This document shows positions 1 through 9,989 of a DNA stretch of 64,000 nucleotides, piece by piece; the first letter of the stretch is position 1; every line of letters begins with the position of its first letter. Origin of the DNA: Mobula hypostoma. Its lineage: Eukaryota. The stretch is taken from NCBI RefSeq assembly GCF_963921235.1, contig NC_086097.1, positions 217,188,001 through 217,252,000 of the forward strand, read 5' to 3'. The notes below the pieces were generated by a model. That model was not told where the DNA came from. It saw only the letters and a program-made list of their open reading frames with translations, and did not search any database. The position numbers were made by a program, and so were the translations under genes.

Positions 1-95
1 GTGAGGTAAGAGTTGATATTGGACCACTGGAAAATGATGCTGGTGAGGTAGTAATGGGGGACAAAGAAATGGCAGATGAACTTGATGGGTATTTT
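1..95 (+). mobile_element. Older CR1 LINE, left part (interrupted by the 96-4278 element)
   Basis: Translates as DIGPLENDAGEVVMGDKEMADELDGYF and continues as ASVFTVEDT at 4283. Confidence 0.85.
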
Positions 96-187
96 ACATA
101 GAAACATAGAAAATAGGTGCAGGAGTAGGCCATTCGGCCCTTCGAGCCTGCACCGCCATTTATTATGATCATGGCTGATCATCCAAC

Positions 188-3100
188 TCAGAACCCAGCC
201 TTCCCTCCATACCCCCTGACCCCTGTAGCCACAAGGGCCATATCTAACTTCCTTTTAAACATAGCTAATGAACTGGCCTCAACAGTTTGCTGTGGCAGAG
301 AATTCCACAGATTCACCACTCTCTGTGTGAAGAAGTTTTTCCTAACCTCGGTCCTAAAAGGCTTCCCCTCTATCCTCAAACTGTGACCCCTCGTTCTAGA
401 CCTCCCCAACATCGGGAACAATCTTCCTGCATCTAGCCTGTCCAATCCCTTTAGGATCTTATACGTTTCAATCAGATCCCCCCTCAATCTTCTAAATTCC
501 AACGAGTACAAGCCCAGTTCATCCAGTCTTTCTTCATATGAAAGACCTGCCATCCCAGGAATCAATCTGGTGAACCTTCTTTGTACTCCCTCTATGGCAA
601 AGATGTCTTTCCTCAGATTAGGGGACCAAAACTGCACACAATACTCCAGGTGTGGTCTCACCAAGGCCTTGTACAACTGCAGTAGTACCTCCCTGCTCCT
701 GTACTCGAATCCTCTCGCTATAAATGCCAGCATACCGTTCGCCTTTTTCACCGCCTGCTGTACCTGCATGCCCACTTTCAATGACTGGTGTATAATGACA
801 CCCAGGTCTCGTTGCACCTCCCCTTTTCCTAATCGGCCACCATTCAGATAATAATCTGTTTTCCTATTTTTGCCACCAAAGTGGATAACTTCACATTTAT
901 CCACATTAAATTGCATCTGCCATGAGTTTGCCCACTCACCCAACCTATCCAAGTCACCCTGCATCCTCTTAGCATCCTCCTCACTGCTAACACTGCCACC
1001 CAGCTTCGTGTCATCCGCAAACTTGGAGATGCTGCATTTAATTCCCTCATCCAAGTCATTAATATATATTGTAAACAACTGGGGTCCTAGCACTGAGCCT
1101 TGCGGTACCCCACTAGTCACCACCTGCCATTCTGAAAAGGTCCCGTTTATTCCCACTCTTTGCTTCCTGTCTGCTAACCAATTCTCCACCCACACCAATA
1201 CCTTACCCCCAATACCGTGTGCTTTAAGTTTGCACACTAATCTCCTATGTGGGACCTTGTCAAAAGCCTTTTGAAAATCCAAATATACCACATCCACTGG
1301 TTCTCCCCTATCCACTCTACTAGTTACATCCTCAAAAAATTCTATGAGATTCGTCAGACATGATTTTCCTTTCACAAATCCATGCTGACTTTGTCCGATC
1401 ATTTCACCGCTTTCCAAATGTGCTGTTATCACATCCTTGATAACTGACTCCAGCAGTTTCCCCACCACCGACGTTAGGCTAACCGGCCTATAATTCCCCG
1501 GTTTCTCTCTCCCTCCTTTTTTAAAAAGTGGGGTTACATTAGCCACCCTCCAATCCTCAGGAACTAGTCCAGAATCTAACGAGTTTTGAAAAATTATCAC
1601 TAATGCATCCACTATTTCTTGGGCCACTTCCTTAAGCACTCTGGGATGCAGACCATCTGGCCCTGGGGATTTATCTGCCTTCAATCCCTTCAATTTACCT
1701 AACACCACTTCCCTACTAACATGTATTTCGCTCAGTTCCTCCATCTCACTGGACCCTCTGTCCCTTACTATTTCTGGAAGATTATTTATGTCCTCCTTAG
1801 TGAAGACAGAACCAAAGTAATTATTCAATTGGTCTGCCATGTCCTTGCTCCCCATAATCAATTCACCTGTTTCTGTTTGCAGGGGACCTACATTTGTCTT
1901 TATCAGTCTTTTCCTTTTTACATATCTATAAAAGCTTTTACAGTCCGTTTTTATGTTCTCTGCCAGTTTTCTCTCATAATCTTTTTTCCCCTTCCTAATT
2001 AAGCCCTTTGTCCTCCTCTGCTGAACTCTGAATTTCTCCCAGTCCTCAGGTGAGCCACTTTCTCTGGCTAATTTGTATGCTACTTCTTTGGAATTGATAC
2101 TATCCCTAATTTCTCTTGTCAGCCACGGGTGCACTACCTTCCTTGATTTATTCTTTTGCCAAACTGGGATGAACAATTGTTGTAGTTCATCCATGCAACC
2201 TTTAAATGCCTGCCATTGCATATCCACCGTCAATCCTTGAAGTGTCATTTGCCAGTCTATCTTAGCTAATTCATGTCTCATACCTTCAAAGTTACCCCTC
2301 TTTAAGTTCAGAACCTTTGTTTCTGAATTAACTACGTCACTCTCCATGTTAATGCAGAATTCCACCATATTATGGTCACTCTTACCCAAGGGGCCTCTCA
2401 CGACAAGATCGCTAATTAACCCTTCCTCATTGCTCAAAACCCAGTCCAGAATAGCCTGCTCTCTAGTCGGTTCCTCGACATGTTGGTTCAAAAAACCATC
2501 CCGCATACATTCCAAGAAATCCTCTTCCTCAGCACCTTTACCAATTTGGTTCACCCAGTCTACATGTAGATTGAAGTCACCCATTATAACTGCTGTTCCT
2601 TTATTGCACACATTTCTAATTTCCTGTTTAATACCATCTCCGACCTCACTACTACTGTTAGGTGGCCTGTACACAACTCCCACCAGCGTCTTCTGCCCCT
2701 TAGTGTTACGCAGCTCTACCCATATCGATTCCACATCTTCCCGGCTTATGTCCTTCCTTTCTATTGCGTTAATCTCTTTTTTAACCAGCAACGCCACCCC
2801 ACCTCCCCTTCCTTCGTGTCTATCCCTCCTGAATATTGAATATCCCTGAACGTTGAGCTCCCATCCCTGGTCACCCTGGAGCCATGTCTCTGTGATCCCA
2901 ACTATATCATAATCATTAATAACAATCTGCACTTTCAATTCATCCACCTTATTACGAATGCTCCTTGCATTGACACATAAAGCCTTCAGGCACTCTTTTA
3001 CAACTCTCTTAGCCCTTTTTAATGCTTGCCCTGGATTTGTCGGCCTGCCACTTTTACTTTTCCCCTTTGTACTTTTTGCTTCTACGCTCACTTTACACCC

Positions 3101-3208
3101 CTCTGTCTCTCTGCACTGGTTCCCATCCCTCTGTTGTGAACTAACCTCCTCACACCTAGCCGCTTTAATTTGATTCCCACCCCCCAACCATTCTAGTTTA
3201 AAGTCTCC
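188..3208 (-). CDS. CR1 ORF2p: APE endonuclease plus reverse transcriptase (frame open from 3208; no AUG before the EN domain)
   Basis: EN motifs NARS, GITETW, YRPP, GDFN, SDH. RT motifs [35 protein letters not shown]. No stops or frameshifts over about 1000 codons. Confidence 0.95.
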   Translation of the reverse strand, partial: GDFKLEWLGGGNQIKAARCEEVSSQQRDGNQCRETEGCKVSVEAKSTKGKSKSGRPTNPGQALKRAKRVVKECLKALCVNARSIRNKVDELKVQIVINDYDIVGITETWLQGDQGWELNVQGYSIFRRDRHEGRGGGVALLVKKEINAIERKDISREDVESIWVELRNTKGQKTLVGVVYRPPNSSSEVGDGIKQEIRNVCNKGTAVIMGDFNLHVDWVNQIGKGAEEEDFLECMRDGFLNQHVEEPTREQAILDWVLSNEEGLISDLVVRGPLGKSDHNMVEFCINMESDVVNSETKVLNLKRGNFEGMRHELAKIDWQMTLQGLTVDMQWQAFKGCMDELQQLFIPVWQKNKSRKVVHPWLTREIRDSINSKEVAYKLARESGSPEDWEKFRVQQRRTKGLIRKGKKDYERKLAENIKTDCKSFYRYVKRKRLIKTNVGPLQTETGELIMGSKDMADQLNNYFGSVFTKEDINNLPEIVRDRGSSEMEELSEIHVSREVVLGKLKGLKADKSPGPDGLHPRVLKEVAQEIVDALVIIFQNSLDSGLVPEDWRVANVTPLFKKGGREKPGNYRPVSLTSVVGKLLESVIKDVITAHLESGEMIGQSQHGFVKGKSCLTNLIEFFEDVTSRVDRGEPVDVVYLDFQKAFDKVPHRRLVCKLKAHGIGGKVLVWVENWLADRKQRVGINGTFSEWQVVTSGVPQGSVLGPQLFTIYINDLDEGIKCSISKFADDTKLGGSVSSEEDAKRMQGDLDRLGEWANSWQMQFNVDKCEVIHFGGKNRKTDYYLNGGRLGKGEVQRDLGVIIHQSLKVGMQVQQAVKKANGMLAFIARGFEYRSREVLLQLYKALVRPHLEYCVQFWSPNLRKDIFAIEGVQRRFTRLIPGMAGLSYEERLDELGLYSLEFRRLRGDLIETYKILKGLDRLDAGRLFPMLGRSRTRGHSLRIEGKPFRTEVRKNFFTQRVVNLWNSLPQQTVEASSLAMFKRKLDMALVATGVRGYGGKAGF

Positions 3209-4128
3209 TCAGTAGCCCCCGCTAATCTCCCTGCCAGGATATTGGTCCCCCGAGGATTTAAGTGTAACCCGTCCTTTTTGTACAGGTCACACCTGCGCCA
3301 AAAGAGGTCCCAATGATCCAAAAACTTGAATCCCTGCCCCCTGCTCCAATCCCTCAGCCACGCATTTATCCTCCACCTCATCGCATTCCTACTCTCACTG
3401 TCGCGTGGCACAGGCAGTAATCCCGAGATTACTACCTTTGCGGTCCTTTTTCTCAACTCCCTTCCTAGCTCCCTATATTCTTCTTTCAGGACCTCATCCC
3501 TTTTCCTACCTATGTCATTGGTACCTATATGTACCAGGACCTCTGGCTCTTCACCCTCCCACTTCAGGATATCTTGGACACGATCAGAAATATCCTGGAC
3601 CCTGGCACCAGGGAGGCAAACTACCATCCGAGTCTCTGGACTGCGTCCACAGAATCGCCTATCTGACCCCCTTACTATCGAGTCCCCTATCACAACTGCC
3701 CTCCTCTTCCTTGCCCTACCCTTCTGAGCTACAGGGCCAGACTCTGTGCCGGAGGCAGGGCCACTGTCGCTTCCCCCGGGTAAGCTGTCCCCCCCAACAG
3801 TACTCAAACAGGAGTACCTGTTGTTAAGGGGCACAGCCGCCGGGGTACTCCCCATCACCTTCCTTTTCCCCTTCCCCCTCCTAACCGTGACCCACTTGTC
3901 TGCCTCCCGTGGCCCCGGCGTGACCACCTGCCTTCCACTCCTCTCTATCACCTCCTCACTCTCCCTGACCAGATGAAGGTCATCGAGCTGCAGCTCCAGT
4001 TCCGTAACGCGGTCCCTTAGGAGCTGCATCTCGATGCACTTGGCGCAGATGTAGACGTCCGGGAGGCTTGGAGACTCCAGGGCCTCCCACATCCGACACC
4101 GAGAACAGCAAACTGCCCTCACAGTCAT
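3193..4128 (-). CDS. CR1 ORF1p: N-terminal Cys zinc finger, coiled coil and SGNH/GDSL esterase domain (311 aa)
   Basis: ATG at 4128 (MTVRAV). Cys motifs CSRC...CAKC, heptad segment LLRDRVTELELQL, and SGNH blocks GDS, PGA, GTND and DGLH are all present. Confidence 0.9.
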   Translation of the reverse strand: MTVRAVCCSRCRMWEALESPSLPDVYICAKCIEMQLLRDRVTELELQLDDLHLVRESEEVIERSGRQVVTPGPREADKWVTVRRGKGKRKVMGSTPAAVPLNNRYSCLSTVGGDSLPGGSDSGPASGTESGPVAQKGRARKRRAVVIGDSIVRGSDRRFCGRSPETRMVVCLPGARVQDISDRVQDILKWEGEEPEVLVHIGTNDIGRKRDEVLKEEYRELGRELRKRTAKVVISGLLPVPRDSESRNAMRWRINAWLRDWSRGQGFKFLDHWDLFWRRCDLYKKDGLHLNPRGTNILAGRLAGATEETLN

Positions 4129-4278
4129 AATGCCCCTCTCCTCAAATAGCAACAGAAAATGAATGTCAAACCTTCCTCGCCTCGCCCGCTTCCGCCTAAG
4201 CCCGGTGAGCCGAAGCCCTTAAGTCTTCACTCTGCTCCCGGCTCACTCCACCGCCCGCAAACTACGCTGCCCGCTCTC

Positions 4279-5957
4279 TTTTGCATCTGTCTTCACTGTG
4301 GAAGACACTAGCAGTGTGCCAGAGGACCATCAGTGTCAGGGAACGGGAGTGAGTGCCATTGCTATTACAAAGGAAGAAGTGCTAGGCAAACTCAAAGGTC
4401 TTAATGTGGACAAGGCACCTGGACCGAATGGACAACATCCCAGAGTCCTGAGAGAGGTTGCTGAAGAGATAACGGATGCACTGGTCATTATCTTTCAAGA
4501 ATCACTTGACTCTGGCATGGCCTCAGAGGACTGGAAGATTGCAAATATCACTCCACTGTTTAAGAAGGGAGGAAGGCAAAAGAAAGGAAATTATAGGCCA
4601 GTTACCCTAACCTCAGTGGTTGGGAAAGTGTTGGAGTCTATTATAAAGGATGAGGTTTCAAGGTATTTGGAGACTAATGATAAAATAAGTCAAAGTCTTC
4701 ATGGTTTCTCTGAAGGGAAATCTTGCCCGACAGATCCATTAGAGTTCTTAGAGGAAGTAACAAGCGGGGTAGACAAAGGAGAGACAGTGGATGTATATAC
4801 TTGGATTTTCAGAAGGCATTTGATAAAGTACCAAACATGAGGCTGCTTAACAAGATAAAATCCTTTGGTGTTACAGGAAGCATACTGGCATGGATAGAGG
4901 AATGGCTGACAGGCAGGAGGCAGTGAGTAGGAATGAAAAGGGCCTTTTCTGGTTGGCAGCCGGTGACTAGTGTTCATCAGGGGTCAGTACTGGGACCGCT
5001 GCTTTTCAAATCGTTTGTCAATGACTGAGATAATGGAATTGATGGCTTTGTGGTGAAGTTTGTGGATGATACAAAGATAGGTGGAGGGGCAGGTAGTGCT
5101 GAGGAAGCAATGCAGCAGGACTTAGACAAATTGGAAGAATGGACAAAAAAGTGGCAGATGAAATACATGATAATGCAGTTTGGTAAAAGGAGCAATAGTG
5201 CGGACTATTATCTAAATGGGGAGAAGGTTCAAATGTCAGAGGTGCTGGGGGCCTTAGGAGTCCTCGTGCTAGACTCCTGGAAGGTTAATTTACAGGTGAG
5301 TCTGTGGTCAAGAAGGTAAATGCAATGTTGGCATTTATTTCAAGGGAAATAGAAAATAAAAGCAATAGAAAATAATGCTGAGCCTTTATAAGACACTGGT
5401 CAGGCCACACTTAGAGCATTGTCAACAGTTTTAGTATCTCAGAAAGCATGTGTTGTTATTGGAGGGAGTCCAGAGGAGGTTCACGAGGATGATTCTGGGA
5501 ATGAAGGAGTTAATATATGAGGAGTATTTGGCTGCTTTGAGCCTGTACTCACTAGAATTTAGAACAATGTGGAGGGATCTCATTGAAACCTACCGAATGT
5601 TGAAAGGACTAGATTGGGTGGATGTGGAGAGGATATTTCCCATGGTGGAGGTATCCGGAACTAGAGGGTAGAGCCTAAAAATTAAGGGGCAACCCTTTAG
5701 AACAGATTTAAGGAGGAATTTTTTTAGCCAGAGGGTAGTAAATCTGTGCAACACTCTGCCACAGACTGTGGTGCAGGCCAGGTCTGTGCATACATTTAAG
5801 GCAGAAGTTGATGGTTTCCTGATCGGTCAGGGCATCGAAGGATATGGCGAGAAGGCAAGTGTATGGGGTTGAGTGGGATCTGGGATCAGCCATGATAGAA
5901 TGGTGGAGCAGACTCAATGGGCTGAATGGCCTAATTCTGCTCCTATGTCTTATGGTG
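4279..5957 (+). mobile_element. Older degenerate CR1 LINE, right part (RT and 3' end)
   Basis: Frameshifted RT fragments ([26 protein letters not shown]). Ends in a CCTATGTCTTATGGT tail. Confidence 0.9.
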
Positions 5958-6819
5958 CATGACAGGGAAATGTCATGGTGATTTCCATGATCAGCTGCCC
6001 AAAATCCATAAGATACACCCAAAAGTATTCAGGAAGCAAAATCTTTGTCGTCCAGTGTAATCTATTAGCTTAACCTACTGGATCTCCCATCCTCTTTCTC
6101 ACTGTACATCTGCCCATTATCTTGTTCTACTTATTGCCTCTTTTCTCACCAGACTGCAGTATTCTCTGCCTCTACAGATGCTGCTTGCCGGCTGAGTTCC
6201 TCCAGTAGGGTGACTTTTGTGTCACATTATTGCATTTGCAGTCTCTTTAGTCTCCACTGTATATCAACATTCAACATCCGCAGGTGTGGTGGGCATTGTG
6301 GCATTATGCAAAGAAAACCAGAGCCCCTGGATTCAAGCTGGGACCAACTTCAAGCTTTCATTATGTGAAAGCAGGCTTTCGGGTTTGTCTGCACCATGAA
6401 TCATATCATTTCAGGAAATCTGTAAATAAATCATCTATTATTTTTATTTCATTTCCACTTTGCAATATCTACAGCATCTTCATTGTGAGAAGTTTTTATG
6501 TGCAGGAAGAACAATCTAGAGTTAACTGTATCATATTTTTCTGATTATAGTTATTTTACTTAATATCGCATGATTGAAAACTATGCTGGAAAGTGTTTCT
6601 AATTAGTGTTTAGAACAGTAGTTTCCCCTAAACTATACATAAAGTTACGTACCACAATTCTGATGCACTTATATATTGTTAGAGTGAATTGGTGTTAATA
6701 TTACACCTATATATAACTATGATCTGTTTCAGTTACAATGTACTTGGTAAGTAATGCAGATTTAAAATAATTCACATCACCGAGGATCTTATGTGGTTTG
6801 TACATACTGGCTATGTGAA

Positions 6820-7350
6820 CACAGCGCCTCTTTCACTTCAGACGTTGAGGAAGTTTGGTATGAACCCCCAAATCCTAAGGACTTTCTACAGGGGCACAAT
6901 TGAGAGCATCCTGGCTGGCTGCATCGCTGCCTGGTATGGGAACTGCACCTCCCTTAATTGCAGGACTCTGCAGAGAGTGGTGCGGACAGCACAGTGCGTC
7001 TGTAGATGTGGACTGCCCACTATTCAGGACATTTACAGAGACAGGTACGTAAAAAGGGCCTGAAGGATCATTGGGGCTCTGAGTCACCCCAACCACCAGA
7101 CTGTTCCAGCTGCTACCATCCAGGAAACGGTACTACAGCATTAAAGCCAGGACCAACAGGCTCCGGGACAGATTCTTCCACCAGGCCATCAGACTGATTA
7201 ATTTATGCTGATACAATTGTATTTCTATGCTATATTGACTGTTTTGTTGTACATACTATTTATTACAAATTGCACATTTAGATGGAGAGATAACATAAAG
7301 ATTTTTACTTTCATGTATGTGAAGGATGTAAGAAATAAAGTCAATTCAAT
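6820..7350 (+). mobile_element. Rex1/Babar-type LINE 3' fragment
   Basis: LRKFGMNPQILRTFYRGTIESILAGCIAAWYG...LQRVVRTA C-terminal motif, followed by AATAAA and a CAATTCAAT tail. Confidence 0.75.
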
Positions 7351-8689
7351 GAATTATTCAATCAACAAACTTAAAAGGGCACACTTTAGCCCTGAGTAAT
7401 TATTTTTATGGCACCTGCTTTTTCTCCTACCCTTGTCACAGATTTACAATAGAATAGCAATGAAGGTAGCACAAGATCTGTCATTTATAGAGCACTTAAC
7501 ATCAATTTAATTGTCACAAGCTTTTGAGTGATTTGTGTATTACGTTTGTGCCTATTTATTCAAAAATACTAGAGGTTAAAAGTTTCAAATAAGATTATTT
7601 TAAATGTTTATTCCATTCAAACTTAATTTTTATTTTTCACTTGATGAACTTTTTAAAAATTAATGCTTTGAAAATATTTATTAGTTTTTCTGTTCATTTA
7701 ATACATCATGTCAAGTTACCAATAATTTACCCACTTTGAAATGTCATGTTATATGTATGTCCTTGACTTTCATTTTATAAAAAATATTCTTGTGTTTTTT
7801 TAAAACTTGTAAAAAATGACTTAATAATATTATAATTGTGCCAGGGTCTTAAGGTCACAGTTCAACTCACTCATACGACGGCACTCATTTTTTATTACAG
7901 AGTTACTGCTGCACATAACTCAGTAAACAAGACAAAACCTGAATTTTGTTAAATCAGTTTTAAGTACAACACACACATGAATGTGAGCACAATTGGCTTC
8001 AATTTATTGATTTATTTTTCTCACATCCCATTCCCTGTCTCATATAGGTGCTCCATTCAGTTTGAAAATTTTCGTTACTTTGCTTATATAAGGGATGGAT
8101 GATTATCATTTTAACATCTTTATTGAATCACCTTAATTTAAATTATTGAATAATTCCAGCATGGTGCATTGCTTTCTGCTATAATTCCAACAAGTGTTGT
8201 ATAATACTACTTTAATAAATATAATCAAAATAAATACACAAAAATATCTACCTCAACAATTTTAGACCAACATAATTACTCTATATTAGATACTGAACTA
8301 GATTTTATTTAATCCCAGTTATTTCTCTGCCATTGCCATTCCCCTGATGCTAATGACATATTGTAAGGCTTCTATTGAACCCGGTATCCTGTATCTCATC
8401 CAGTGACAAATGTAACTTTCTCCAAACAAGCAACATCAACCAACTACTTACAGTTCAGCAACATCTCTTCTGTGTTACTTCTGCTGCAAATTCTTTGCTT
8501 GCACTGTTGAAGTAAGCTTGCAAGCTTCCATTATCATTGGAGTTCACACTTCCTTTAATGCCTGCTTTCCTCTCAGAGCAATTCCCTCTCACCACCTGTT
8601 GTAAGTGAGGAAACAGATTCGATAGGTCTCAAAGGCGAGGACTCTGGTCAATGATGTGCAGGGCTTTACCCATGATGGACTGGGCCATA

Positions 8690-9025
8690 TCCACTACTTT
8701 TAGTAGATTGTCCATTCAAGGGCATTGATGTTTCCATACCAGGCTGTGATGCAACCAGTCAATATACTCTCCAACACATATCTATAGAAATGTGTCAATG
8801 TTTTAGATGTCATGCTGAATCTTTGCAAACTTCTAAGGAAATAAACATGCTTCTTTCGCAATTGTACTTATGTGCTGGGTCCAGGACAGGTCCTCTGAAA
8901 TGATAACACTGAGGAATTTAAAGTTGTTGACCATCTCTACCTCTGATATTCTGATGTGGACTGGCTCATGGACCTCTGGTTTCTTCCTCCTGAAGTCATA
9001 GTTGACATTGAGTAAGAGGTTGTTG
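8690..9025 (-). mobile_element. Degenerate Rex/Babar LINE fragment
   Basis: DFRRKKPEVHEPVHI...FKFL.V.ISEDLSWTQH on the minus strand. Confidence 0.65.
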
Positions 9026-9989
9026 TGATCAAAACCAATTGAGGGCACTACCAGAGGGGCCAACCAAGTTCTCAAGATGATCTAGGAGAATGCTGTGGTT
9101 AATTGTGTCAAAGGCAGCAGTTGGATCTAGGAGAATTAGACTGAGACCCTGTTGGCATCAGTGCTAAGCCTAAGGTCACTGACAATTTCGGTAAGGGCTG
9201 TCTCTGTGGTTTGCTCTAAAACCTGCCTTTTCTAATTGAAAATGACTTTCTCAAGAATCTTGCCTAGGAATGGAATATTTAAAATTGGACTGGTGTTAGC
9301 TAATTGGGGTTTGACAGTATCTGGAAAAACTTCAGTTTCAAGGGATGTGCCAATATTTTTTTCTAAAAAAATTGAAGACTGTATTAAAAGAGTCCTTAAA
9401 AATGCAGTAGGAACAGGGTCAAGAGAGCAAGTAGACAGCTTACTCTTAGGTTCTGAATCGGAAATACTTGAAAATCTTGACATGGTTGGCATCATTTCTG
9501 AGCTTTGCTATAGATGTTATCAGTATCTGTGGCTATATTCTCACTAATGGAAGGAATTTCGTTGATGAAAAATATTGCAAATTCCTCTCATTTTCTGGCT
9601 GATGTTAGACTGAGGATGTTATAAGTTGAGGCAGGGTCCGACAGACACTCTATAGATAAGAACAATATTCTTAAATCACTGCTATTCTCTGTAATAATCT
9701 TTTAAAAAAATTGGTTCTTCTTGCAGACTGTATTGCTGCATTAAACGAGGCTAGTTTTTCCTTGAAAATATTGCAGTGGAGTTTGAGTCCAGTTTCCCCC
9801 CATTTTCTCTCAGTTATTCTGCATGATCTCTTGAGTTCACAGGCAGAATTGTTCAACCATAGTGATGTTTTTCTAAGTGATTCCTTTTTAACCCTAAATG
9901 GGTCTTTGTGTTCAATATATTTGTCAAGTTATTGTTGAAACAATCCACCATTTCATTTACTCAGAAGTTTAGGTCACATGGGTCAGATA

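Larger units (their letters stand above)
96..4278 (-). mobile_element. Near full-length young CR1-clade LINE (5'UTR, ORF1, ORF2, 3' (TTTCTATG)n tail)
   Basis: Two uninterrupted ORFs. The 3' tail reads TTTTCTATGTTTCTATGT on the minus strand, and there is a CpG-rich leader of about 150 nt. Flanked by TTTT at 92-95 and 4279-4282, with the interrupted older CR1 continuing on both sides. Confidence 0.95.

Noticed and set aside
3165..3191. AUG just after the ORF1 stop (TAGAATG) as a reinitiation start for ORF2
   Set aside because: It is in the third frame and gives only 8 codons (MVGGWESN then stop), so it cannot start ORF2.
165..3976. Plus-strand ORFs of 70-167 aa opposite the CR1 (also at 34433-35548)
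   Set aside because: Antisense shadows of the LINE ORFs. They recur in each copy only because the DNA is repeated, and they have no recognisable domains.
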